Positions 1 through 11,607 of a stretch of DNA of 34,912 bases are shown in pieces. Origin of the DNA: Mesotaenium endlicherianum (Eukaryota); the NCBI GenBank assembly GCA_009602735.1, contig WELA01001441.1, positions 1 through 34,912 on the forward strand, given 5' to 3'. Under the pieces are notes generated by a model. It searched no databases. It had not been told where the DNA came from and was given only the letters and a program-made list of their open reading frames with translations. Every line of letters starts with the position of its first letter. Positions within the stretch are counted from its first letter, which is position 1. The position numbers were made by a program, and so were the translations under genes.

Positions 1-126
1 AAACCCTAAACCCTAAACCCTAAACCCTAAACCCTAAACCCTAAACCCTAAACACCCTAAACCCTAAACCCTAAACCCTAAACCCTCAACCCTCAACCCT
101 AAACCCTAAACCCTAAACCCTAAACC
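1..126. repeat. Telomeric repeat array (CCCTAAA)n, plant type TTTAGGG; left chromosome end
   Basis: Tandem CCCTAAA units from base 1, with a few variant units (e.g. CCCTCAA x2 at ~84-97). Confidence 0.97.
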
Positions 127-127
127 A

Positions 128-445
128 TCGTCCGCTAAAACACTTTGAAGACAGCTTGAACTTAGGATTTTCATCTTGATCATCACCAGCCATTTCGAAC
201 GATGAACAGGACTCACTGACCCTTCCCCACACGTCTTGCTCTCTGCCCAAATCAGGTGCAAAGGCTATTGTGTTATCTGGGTTCTCATTGCTTGCAGAGT
301 CATGACGAGACACGTCTCTCGACGGTTGCTCACTCCACCAGTTGTCAGTACGCTCACACGTCTCACTTTCTCGTGGACTTTGGCTAGAATCAGAACCTTC
401 TGCAGGCTCCACAGAGTGGTAGAGTCTTCCACTCCTCAACCGCAT
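128..445 (-). pseudogene. gag: Truncated Gag N-terminus (MRLRSGRLY...KCFSGR) running into telomere repeats
   Basis: About 106 aa, roughly 73% identical by manual count to the translation of 13085-13402. The ORF ends at a TAG inside the telomere array. Confidence 0.85.
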
Positions 446-1760
446 AAACAGTTGAATTTCTCCGGGTCCCCTTCCAGATTGAACACCGGCAGCCGTCACG
501 AGCCTCAATCCCCAATTGACATGGCAATTCTTGCTCACTTGAACCAATCAACCAAGTTCTCAGAAGTAGGACAGAAGCGTCTTACTTCCACACAGGCTTT
601 CGCCCAAGTTGAGGGTTTACAGAATGAACAAGTTTGTAGTTTGCAAAAATCACGTCTAAGCAGCTTAACAGGCAATGTCAAGTTCAGAGGAAATCGCTCT
701 TCAAGGCTTTCGCTTAACTTCCACAAGTCACAGCTGACAAAACTCTGAACTGCACATCTATGCTGGCCTGGTCTGAGCTCTTCGCTCAACACCGCGCCTT
801 AACAGCTCTTCACTGCTTGGCTGGGCTCACTCAGCTCTTCACTGAGAGCTTTACTTGTTAATACTACTCTTGCTATCAGCAATTCGACATTTGAGACTTC
901 TGAGAACTTGAAAACTAACACAGCACTCACCATTTTAAGTGACCCTCGTACGCTTGCGGCGTTTGACCTCAATTTGTGCTAATCTCCTAACAGATTCTAT
1001 TTTGCAGCTCTCTACTTTCCACCAGCGAGATCCTCTCTTGGGAACTCCTGAGGTCTAACCTTTCTATGATACACTTAGGAAGAAATCTTCCAGCGTCGGT
1101 AGAAGCGTGGCGCCCCGGCCCTTCTATGGCCTTGGGAACTCCTTTCTTCTTTTCGCTCCTTCCGCTTCTTCAGCTTCCTTTGACAACGATGCGAGCAAGA
1201 ATGAGGCAGCTTCAGGCAGGACTTGTGCCTTTCACAGGCACCACACACTGTCCTCTCTCGAGAATGCCAGTGCTTAGTCACAGCACTTAGCTTGCATGCC
1301 GTCCTTACCCAGTAGCTCTCACACAGCTTAGAAGTTATCATTCAGCATGCATGCATGCATTGGGATTGTTGCGCGTGACCGCTATGTGGCTGGCTGGTAG
1401 CGTTTAGGATGAACGCTCAAGCCGTGACTAGTCACCTGAGGGTCTGGCCGAGGCGGCACACAACGCCCTTTGCAACATCCCTGCTGTACTTGGCTTGGAT
1501 AGCCGATTGATTAGTATCTTTCTTGGCACTCGCTGGGCTGGCTCATTGCTGGTTCCATGCCCCTAGCCTTTCGGCTGACTACTCGGTCCAAATCCCCATC
1601 CCGTCCTGTCCCCATCCCGTCCTGGGTGTGGGTTTGACGTGTCGTGACCACTTTGACAGTGATAACGACTACAACATGACCGCTGACTAAGATAACTCGG
1701 TCCTCTGGTCGGTGAGTCAATGCTGACTTCCTGTACCTGGGCGGCCGTGACTTACGCTGT
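128..1760 (-). mobile_element. 5' fragment of a Ty3/Gypsy element of the same family as the DNMT-carrying element at 11740-27900, truncated by the telomere
   Basis: Reverse complement aligns by eye with ~11743-13402 (e.g. ccaggtacaggaagtcagcattgactcacc vs ccaggtacggaaagtcaacgttgactcacc at ~11763). The Gag N-terminus is shared. Confidence 0.88.
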
Positions 1761-2081
1761 TAGTCATATTGGCAATTTAGCTTCGACGGAGTCAACGAGT
1801 GTTGCGTTTAGCCTGCATGTGGAATGCTTGTGCAGGAGGAGATTGAAGACTTGTGAAGTACGAACGGCCATAATGGCACGACTGCCACTACTGTAAACAG
1901 AAGTACGCAGGACTCTGTATGCAAGTATAATCTGAAGCTGCTACTTTCGTTTTCGATAAGCTCCAGCTGCAGCGGAGGTGGTCTTGTCTCATACTATGCA
2001 GGCCGCATAGGTACCCGGTACCATTTATATCTTGCCTTCGCATTGTAGTTCATTAGACGTCAAATTGTGGCTACCTTTAAA

Positions 2082-3181
2082 ATGGCTTCTGCCGTGTTTG
2101 GAGCTCCAAGTATTATGTTAGGAGCCGGAATTTGGGACATTAAGGAGCACAAGAATGGGCGGTCAGGAGCTGAAGCTGCGTACTTCGTTACATCAAACAG
2201 GCATCGTCGACTATGCTGGAGTGGTGGAGAACTATTAGCTTCGTCCCACTGTTTGATTGGCGCCAAGGTAATCTCACAGTGTTTACCCACCCTATTGGTG
2301 ATGATGTGCTTCTGCATTGCCCTTATACTCTGAAGCTTGTCGGTGCTCACTCGTTTGGCGCTGGTTTTACGGCAAGACGTGCCAACTTCCTAATTTGCAC
2401 TGACCTCAAAAGGTGCCAACAATTGGTTACAGATGCAACGAAGTGATTTTGCGATTAAGGTCACAACATGCCTCTTAGCTTAGTAGTCCAAGAAATACTA
2501 TGAGCATGGCTTAAACAGTCAACAAGCAATACCACAGAAGAACAATAGGCCGAATGATAAGAAATGATTCAGTTCTCGGCACCTTTGCGATAGCCGGTTC
2601 CTTCCTTGGTTGACTACTGTAATGTCTATTAACAGGCTGCAAAGGTCAGGGAGCAAAGCAGACGACTGTGTGGAGCCGCAGCTGCCTTCAAGGTCAGACT
2701 TCCAGCTTCTGACACGCCATGTAATGAGTTCGAATCCTGCCGCGATAGACAGGCTGCTCTTCCAAAACATGCCTGTGTCTGTAGCACCACTTTATGTATG
2801 TGTGCATGCGCTGCTGACGCAGGATGGGCAGACGATGGACGTTGCAGTGACGGGGGCCACTGGATTTGTAGGATCCAGACTTGTGCAACGCCTGCTTCAA
2901 GGTGCTTCTCTAACAACCCCATGCCTGCCCTTCAAGAAGGAGCTTCGGTAGGCTACCAGTTCTGACATGCTCAGAGGGAACATGCTTAAAGGAGGGCATG
3001 CTGCTCTTTTCTGCTGCTGCTACGTTCCTCCATGCAGCTCTCTCTAAGTCCATGAGTGATCAGAGGGGTGGGGGAACATGGAGAAAATGAAGCAGGCGTA
3101 ATGTGGGAGGTGTTGGCAGATGGCGGCAATGTGCGAGTGCTGACTCGCGACGTACCTCGTGCCCGCAATGCCCTTCCAGGT

Positions 3182-3231
<50 letters not shown>

Positions 3232-3261
3232 NNNNNNNNNNNNNNNNNNNNNNNNNNNNNN

Positions 3262-3339
<78 letters not shown>

Positions 3340-5146
3340 TGTGGCTGCCTGTGTCTGTCTGGATGTATGGGTGTGTGTATGTGTGGGTAGGTGTGAGTAT
3401 GGTATTGACTGGCTCGTGGGGGAAGGCACGTGTGGGCAGGGCATGCACGCATGAGCTTCTCGGCTCCAGCAGAGTGGGATGCAGCAGTCCGGGGATGCAG
3501 TGCTGTGGTGAACTTGGCGGGTGCGCCCATCAGCCAGCGCTGGAGCTCGCAGGTACGCTGCTGCTGCTGCCTTCACACGCCTTTGCACGCATGCTGCTGC
3601 TGTCCAGACGAGGGGAGAATTAGGTGAATGGATGAATAAGCTGTGCCGCTGGCTGGTGGACAGCAGGTGAAGGCGACCATCAAAACATCCCGCCTGGAAG
3701 CTACTCGCAGAGTACGTGCTCTCTCCCGTTCTCCCCTGCATGGTGTGGCAAGAACGCTGGGGTGGCATGCTGACAGACAGACTGATGGAGGGGTTCTTGT
3801 GGCGTGTGTCAGGTGGTGGATGCAATCAATGCGGCGCCTCCTGAGTTACGCCCGGGGGTGTTGCTCAGCTCATCTGCAGTCGGCTTCTATGGTACCCTCC
3901 CACACCCACCCCCCCGCCCCCCTCTTCTTCGTCGTGTGTATGTTTGTGCCCAACCAACACACACTCCTATTGGCAGACGAGACAGCAGCAGCAGCAGTGA
4001 CGCAGCAGGGGGACGATGGCTGGAATGAAATGGGGTGGGGGGGGGCAGGTACGAGCGAGACTGGCTCCTTTGACGAGAAGAGCCCCAGCGGTCGGGATTA
4101 TCTTGCAGAGGTAGCAGCTGGCGCCATACTCAAGCATCCACTCTCTTGCTCTTTCTTTCACAGGGAGCAGGGGATGTCAGCTGCTGATTGGCGGATTTGG
4201 GGTCCTACGAAGGGGACAGGTGTGTCGGGAATGGGAGGCAGCAGCAGGCAAGAAGGGCACAGGGGTGCGCCTGGTGCTGCTGCGCTCCGGCATTGTCCTC
4301 GACCGTGACGGTGGTGCCCTGGGTATCCATTCCTCCCCTCCTGCCTGCGCGCCACCCCCCCCCTGACGCTTATGGGCACGTCGGATGAGTCAAAATGTCC
4401 ATGCCCACCACACTCACTGCTACACGGAGGGAGGGGAGGGGTGGGGTTGGGCAGCCAAGATGCTACCCATCTTCAAACTGTTTGCTGGGGGCCCGTTGGG
4501 CTCTGGGCAGCAGTGGTTCTCATGGGTGCACCGGGATGATCTTGTCAGCCTCATCGTGGAGGCTTTGCGCAATCCCTCCTACTCGGGTGGGTCCCGCATC
4601 CACCTAAATTAGAGACTTCAAGCATTTTTGTAGCGGGTAACAAGTCATCCTGATGGCGCGTAGAAGCGCAGAGCATAAGCAGGAGGAGCAGCAGCAGGCA
4701 TGCAAGCATTGCTGGTGGACGACCATCTAGATATGCAGGCAATGCAGCCTGGCGAGCCTTAGTAAGGCCCTGTGCATGGTGGCGGAAGGGGGCATGCAGG
4801 AGTGGTGAACGGGACAGCACCCAATCCGGTGCGCATGGCGGAGCTGTGCTCGCAGCTAGGGGCAGCTCTGGGGCGCCCCTCATGGCTTCCCGTGCCTTCC
4901 ACTGCCCTGCAACTGGTGCTTGGCGAGGGTGCCACTGTGGTATCTTCATCTTAAATCCTCCTCTGCTTTTCTGCTATCTGGCCATGGTCATCTTCATTGA
5001 GCTGGTGGTGGGCTGTGCTGAGCTGGCTTGCATGCGTGCAGGTACTGGAGGGGCAAAGGGTGCTTCCAAGCCGAGCTCAGGAGCTGGGCTTCTCTTTCAA
5101 GTATCCAAACATCGAGGACGCTCTCTCAGCTATCTTGGCTGCATGA
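2082..5146 (+). CDS. GC1: TIGR01777/SDR39U1-family NAD-dependent epimerase, GC1/SulA-like, probably plastid-targeted; spliced
   Basis: Manual GT-AG exon chain: 2823-2901, 3120-3179, 3440-3552, 3667-3711, 3813-3891, 4049-4110, 4220-4322, 4455-4586, 4800-4939, 5042-5146. Motifs: [89 protein letters not shown]. Upstream in-phase exons 2082-2267 and 2636-2692 (candidate transit peptide) are tentative. Confidence 0.88.
3184..3343 (+). repeat. Compound intronic microsatellite (CT)n then (TG)n, with an N gap at 3232-3261
   Basis: Directly visible; begins just after the donor at 3180. Confidence 0.95.
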
Positions 5147-5737
5147 GAAAGTGCTGGCTGCTGTAATTTATTAGCATCCCGGCCTCTCCCTGAGCTTGTA
5201 AGAATGGCATTGGGGGACACAATTCATGCACAATTGTCCTCGCCTTGACCTCACAGGTGAAGGCGATTTGATGTTATTCCTCTACTTGTCCTTCAGCACA
5301 GATCTTAAGGCAGTTGCGATACTCCATTAGAGGAAGTGTATGTCAGAAATTCAGGGACATGACAGTCTTATACTTGAGAAGCATCTCAAAGCGGGTGCTC
5401 ACCTGATGCAAAATACACATTCCAATTCGTGTATAAACTTCCAAGTACACCCGAGCGTCGAGGAGCAGCACCATCCCATTGAATACCTCCTTGAACAGTG
5501 TATTGAGGCAATAAGCTTTGCAGAAAGAGCCAGCTGTCTCATGAGCCTGGACTTAACATTACCTCTGCCTCTGGCTGAGCTGCTGCTAAGAAACTTGCAT
5601 GTCGGAAAAGGTTGGTGACAGATGTCAACTATATACAATGTTTTGCAAGGACAACTTGCTGCATCGTATCCACTATGTCAGTCGTTTTTTACTCACAGGT
5701 ATGCTACATTCTTTCAATCCATGCATGGCCTCTGCTC

Positions 5738-8700
5738 TTATTTACAGCAAGCATCCAGGTAGTCGACATCCTCCTCCTCAATTACTCTGAAGCTCCTTCG
5801 TTGTGTCCCCTTGCATTGGATGTTCCACATCTTAAAGTAGGCGCGTTCGAGGTTGCCCACCTGCGCACACGTGCAACCATGATGGCGAGCAGTCAGCATG
5901 CCAGAATGGAAACAAAGGAGTCAGTTCTCTGGCACGCATTTGGAGATGGGGATGGACATGTTGATGGCGGCAATGCACTAGCTCCCGCCCTTGCTTACCC
6001 AACGCCTAGTGTCGAAGAGAGGGCATGTCAAACGGTTGGCCCTCAGCTTGCGGGTGAGCGCCTGCAGGAGCGGCGGCTTCTGGGCAAGAGCCACAGCACG
6101 GTCCTCGTACTCCCTCATGCTGCCATTTCTTCCCGCCCCACTCCACCATACATCACGTCAGTCCCCGGTTGACAAGGACCGTTTAAACTACAAACAGCCT
6201 CTGTGCGTGTGTCTCTGTGAGCAATGCCTATGTGTGCATGCGTGCATGTGTGTGCGTGCATGGGGGTGTCGGTAATGTGCGTGTGTAGATGAGACAAGAG
6301 ATCAGATTGACTCAAAGCTGAGGCGGACGGCGCCACAGCCACGCACCTGGAGACCACCATGTCCTGGCCGCAGCCAGCTGCATGGCACAGAGAAGTAGCC
6401 ACGCGCGTCGCCATCCTCTCCAGAGGCATGGTCACCATGGGCACGCCCGCCCACAGCACGTCGGTGCCAGTGGTGTGCGCGTTGCACAGAGGCGTGTCCA
6501 GAAACAGGTCCGCCAGCGCACTGCGCCGGATGTGCTCCTTCTTGGCCGCCACGTCTGTGAACACTATCTGCTCCGCCCTCACGCCCTGCGCCTCTGCGTC
6601 TGCAAGTGCAGCCAGCCAAGACCAAGACTACAACGGCCTCAACAACTTCTTCTCCTCCTCCCAGGGCCCCCGGGGGNTTGCACCACGTGCGGAAGATCTC
6701 CGGGTCCATCTTGTATAGCTGGTTGAAGCAGGCAAATAGGAAAGCATCCGGTGGCAACTTGTGCTGCATCCGTTGCTCCGCCCTGCTGCTGCCGCTTGGC
6801 GGCTCCTCCAGCATCTCCACGTTGTGCTGCAGCAGCAGCAAAAGCAGAAACCCTCCCCCATTTCTGCCTTGCTTCAGATGTGCCGTCGAAGAACGGCTTG
6901 TTTATGGGCCAGCGGGGGCAGGCGAGCAGGCCACTCACCTGCTTGTAGTCGTTGACGAAGTAGCTGTGCGGCAGATACACCAAATTCTCCGAGTACATGT
7001 GCGCAAAGTGAGGCGGCGAAACCAGCTGCAGGATATTGAGCCACCCGCTCCCTCCCAAGAAGGGTAAGTGTCTGCCTGCCTGCCTGCCTGCCTGCCTGCA
7101 GTGATGGAGGTGGTGGTGGTGGTGGTGATGGTGATGGCCAGCCTTCTCACCTCGTCGGTGACGAGGTAGTGGATGAAGTCGGCCCCCGTGGTGCCCGGGA
7201 AGCCCATGTACGAGATCTGCACTGGCGCCGGGTTCAGCGCAAACACCTCATTGCGCGCCCCCTGTCACAACCCACAAGCATGCCCTCCCTCTCTTCGTGA
7301 GCCCCACGGCTAGCCGGCTGGCTGGCTGGCGGGCGGGCTGGCGGGTGCCACAAGAACGTGATCCACACTATCACACAGAGTCAGCACCTTGGTGTAGCCG
7401 TTGAGATTGACGAGTATCTGGATACCATCCGCGTGGATGCGAGCGGCAATGGCGTCGATGGATGCCGACGACACGTCGATGAAGTGCTCAGCCTCCGAAC
7501 TGATGCGCTGCCGCCACTCTGAGCCATCGGAGGCACTGAGAGCATAACAGAACACCTGCTCCTCCACCCTCATGCTGTCACACATATGAGCCCCCTCAAC
7601 CCCTCGCCTTTAGGAGAGTGAGTGAGTGAGAGAGAGGAAGGGAAGGGGGACCGCACCTCCAGGCGCGAGCGCGCGTGCATGCCGAACACAGAGCCCATGA
7701 GATGCGACAGCGGATGGTTGCCAAAGTCGCTGCTGACATACCTGCGCCCCTCCTCTCTTGCCTCTGCCGTCACGCATGCTCCTTCTCATAGGCAGGGAGG
7801 GACCGATAGATACAAGGTGGTGCCGGTAATGGGCAAGGCAGGGAGGGAAGGGAGTACCCGATGCGGAGGCGCCTGGAGGGGCCCACAAGAGCAGCAGGGG
7901 GGGGGTGGGCAAAGGGCGGCAGAGCCAAGCGGGCGGCGGCCAGGCTGCAGTGCTGCGCGTACTTCTGGCTGATGCGCAGCGCCAGCAGCGGCGGCAGCGG
8001 GTACGCGATGGCGTGGAAGGGCTGCACGCTGGGCAGCACGCCCGGCTGCCGCAGCTGCGCGAGCACGATGGCCTCCAGCTGCGCAAACTGCGCCTCGCGC
8101 TCGCTCCACTCGCACACGCACTGCAGCGTGTGCAGCAAATTGCAACTGGCCTCGGGGAACTCCGGCCGCAGCAGCAGCGCCGTGCGGTAGCTGTGAATGG
8201 CCGCCTCCGCGTGTCCGCTGTGCTCCCCCCCCTCCCCCGCCCTCCCCCCCCCACCCCCTAAGATGCTTGCTTGGTACGACCCTGGCCACACAGAGCATGA
8301 AGGAGGTGGATGGGCACGCGCACGCAGCGGGCAGGCAGACGTACATACGTGTCCTTGTAGGCAGAGGCCAGATTGGCGTGAGCTTCCGGCATGGAGGGGC
8401 GCACGACCACCGCGTGCAGGTAGTCTTGGAGGGCCTGGCTGACAGCGCCCATCTCCTTGAGCGCGTTGCCGCGGTTGACCAGCGCGTCTGCAGCGCCTGG
8501 GTGGATGCGCAGCACGGCCGTGTAGCACGCCACCGCCTGCGCGCGCTGCCCCTGCTCCTTGTAGATGGCGCCCAGGTTGCTGAACGGCGCCGACAGCCCC
8601 TGCGTCACCCCTATCACCCGCCGGTACAGCGCCGCTGCCTCTGCCGCCAGGTCCCTACTCACAACAACCCCCCCCCCCCCGCTGCCTGGTGGGCATGCTG

Positions 8701-9097
8701 TCCCAGGCTCGCATAGCCTGACACACACACAGACACAGGAGGAAGTGCAAGGGCCTCACAGCTCCATGTAGACGTTGGCGAGGTTGGTGAGGGCGTAGGC
8801 GTGCTGCGGGTCCAGGGCCAGGCACGCCTGGTAGCACGCCACCGCCTCCTCCACGCGCCTGGCGTCCTTGAGTGCGTTGCCCTGCACACCCACCCGCCCC
8901 CACCCGTGCTGCTGATGCTGCTGCCTCACTTCTAATGCCTTACATACACATACAGACATACATGTGGTGTGGCATGCAAGCGCCCACCAGGTTGTTGAAG
9001 GCCTCCAAGAAGGTGCAGTCCAGGGCCAGCGCCTGGCAGTAGTGGCGGATGGCGTCGTCCAGCCGCCCCGCCTCGTACAGCACGCTGCCCAGGTTGG

Positions 9098-9191
<94 letters not shown>

Positions 9192-10665
9192 NGCACTTCT
9201 GGGTGCTCCTCTCCCTTCTGCTGCAGCCGCTGCCAGGCACACAGGTAATGGGGGGGGGAGCAGACAACCGTAAGCGATGGCGCAGTCGGGCCGCAGCTGG
9301 ATGGCCCTCTGGTACTCCGCCACCGCTGCCTGCGGCTGCCCCAGGATCTGCACAGGCAGACCGGCCGGCAGGCTGGCAGATCAGGCCTGCCCTTGCCCTG
9401 CTGCTGCTGCTGCTGCAGCAGCAGCAGCAGCCGCTGCTGGAGGACGAGGAGGAGCGGAGCACACCTTGAGCACGTTGGCGTGGTTGAGGTGCGCGTCTGC
9501 CAGCTGCGGGTTGAGGCGCAGGGCCTCCTGGAAGTAGGCGCGCGCCTGCTGGTAGTTGCCCCACTCCACGTACAGCCCCGCCAGGTTGGACCATGCAATG
9601 GCAAAGTGCGGGTCGATCTCGAGGGCGTGCACGTAGCACTGCTGCGCCTCCGCCGCCCGCCCCTGCACCTTCAGCAGGTTCCCCAGGTTGGTGTGCGCAT
9701 CCACCTGTCACACCCCCCGCCCCCCACCCCAAGTCCTGTCAGGCGGTGCCCATCTTCAGGCGGCAGCTGATGAGATGAGCATGTACCCATCTGTGGAGGC
9801 CGGCGGAGCGGACCAGGCGGGGATTGAGCAGCAGAGCGCGGCGGCAGCAGTGGACCGCCAGGTGGATGTAGTTGCTGCCCTTGCGCATGTATGCACTTGC
9901 CAGGTTGCTCCACGCGTCGCAGAACGCGGGCCTGAGCCGGATGGCGGCCAGATAGTACCGGATGGCCAGGTCCAGGTTGCCCTTCTCCTGCAGCCAGGCA
10001 GGCACGCACTAGTGAGGCACCAGCAGCCCTGTGCTCCACACGTGTCGCCTCTGAGATAGACAGACTGGGGGCACGCTGCTTCCCACGGCAGTAGACAACA
10101 GATGGGACATACCTTAAGAGCGTTTGCCAGGTTCCCGTAGCACTCGCCAAAGGAGGGGTCGAGCGCAATAGCCTCCTCATTTTTGGCGATACATGCGTCG
10201 TAGTCTTGCAGCTGAGGAGATCATCATCATCATCATCGCGTACGCACCACAGGGCCCCAAAGCTTAGGGCTCGTACAAGACTCCCACATCACATGCAGAT
10301 GCAGCCCCTCCTCTCTTTTTTTTTTTGAGATGCACAGAAGCAACGCAACTTGCCTGGTAATAGATGGCACCCAGGAGCAGGAGAGTATCGGTGCATGTGG
10401 GCTCGTGCTTGTGGGCAAGGCTGCAGAGTACCAGGGCCTCCCTATACTCGCCACGCAAGTACTTCTCGTGTGCACGTTTCAACAGATCACTAGCTCCAGT
10501 CCCAGTGAGGCACATCGAGCAACCCTGCGAAGTTGCCAAGTCGCCGGCCCAAGACTCTGCAGCTGTGTCCGCCTGCAGATCCTGCCCTGAGCCCTCATCC
10601 TTGACTGTGGAATACCACTGGAGGCCCTGCTGCTGCATAATTGCAGGTTGAACTGCTGACAACAT
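5738..10665 (-). CDS. SEC: O-GlcNAc transferase (TPR repeats + GT41 catalytic domain), SECRET AGENT-like; at least 17 exons
   Basis: Exons: 10665-10354, 10211-10113, 9987-9814, 9704-9465, 9347-9269, 9097-8988, 8881-8760, 8654-8349, 8217-7858, 7741-7657, 7555-7388, 7261-7151, 7025-6939, 6826-~6678, 6599-6347, 6119-5999, 5860-5738. Motifs: [105 protein letters not shown]. About 25 codons are missing at the N at 6677. Confidence 0.95.
9101..9191 (-). repeat. Poly-G tract (poly-C on + strand) directly before a SEC intron acceptor
   Basis: About 90 C abutting the CAG acceptor at 9098-9100. The length is unreliable because an N follows. Confidence 0.85.
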
Positions 10666-11563
10666 GCTGTTGCTTCATTTACAACTGTCAGGCACCTTGC
10701 ATACTTAAGTAGTCACAGCTCATCTCCTCATTTTGCGGAGCCGTAGACGACGAGAAACAGCTCAGATGCTCAGCTGCAACCCCTCACATGGAATTCAAGA
10801 GGTATATCTATTTACATATTTAAGGGCCTATGATGAACTCATTATTCCATCAGAGTTGGTCAATATATGAGCCCGATGCTGGTCCGGTCAGCTCATCATT
10901 CTTAATACCTCGTCAGGTAAACCAAAAGAAGAGGCCGCGAGAGCAGGATAGCTGGATAAAGAGGCCAAAAAGGCTCCAGTCGACCGAGAGGAAAGAAGAT
11001 GTTGCCCAAACTGCAAGCTAGCATGACTTGAAGAAAATAGGCACTTTTGTCATTGCGATCATCATATATACATTGCACAAAGCGAGTGACGCGTCCGTGA
11101 GAATTCTGGAGGAGGTTCCAACGACCACCTTTTCCTCGTAAAGTCTCTAATACTCTGACAGTTGTGGCGAGATAAGCGCTGCATAATACTTACATTCAGG
11201 CTTTCTAATTAATGCCCCACATTCTGATTCCCAAGTCCCAGGCTCCCATCTCTTGGTCCATCCCACCCCCTCATCTACGACGTGCATTAACGAGATCTGA
11301 CTGACTTGTTCTGCCATCCTGACTCGTGACTCTATGATTAAAGAACATACGAGATTTTCTTCTCTCTAGTTCCAGAGGAATGTTCAGTCCAGTTGGCCAC
11401 ATACTAGACGGAACGCATGCAACTCCGCATGCCTTCTTGTCACGTGTCGACAGATATTGGGACAAGGCGAGCTTGCTCAAGCCTGCGCAAGCCTGGTGCA
11501 TTGTGCAATGCCGGGCAAGCTTGGCTCAAAGCTTGTTAGCTGAGGTTTGCTTTGACGCTATCT

Positions 11564-11607
11564 CGTGCCCAGTCGTGCCAGTCTTGCCCAGTCGTGCCTG
11601 GTCGTGC
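11564..11607. repeat. Short degenerate ~10-bp tandem repeat (cgtgcccagt-like)
   Basis: cgtgcccagt cgtgccagt cttgcccagt cgtgcctggt cgtgc. Confidence 0.6.

Noticed and set aside
2986..3825. Long ORFs with poly-ER, poly-SL and poly-CV
   Set aside because: Translation artefacts of the (CT)n/(TG)n intron microsatellite and the N gap.
5340..5720. Short ORFs between the convergent genes
   Set aside because: No recognisable motif; most likely 3' UTR or intergenic sequence.
5612..10651. Numerous + strand ORFs over SEC, including poly-Pro
   Set aside because: Antisense shadows of GC-rich exons and of the poly-C tract.
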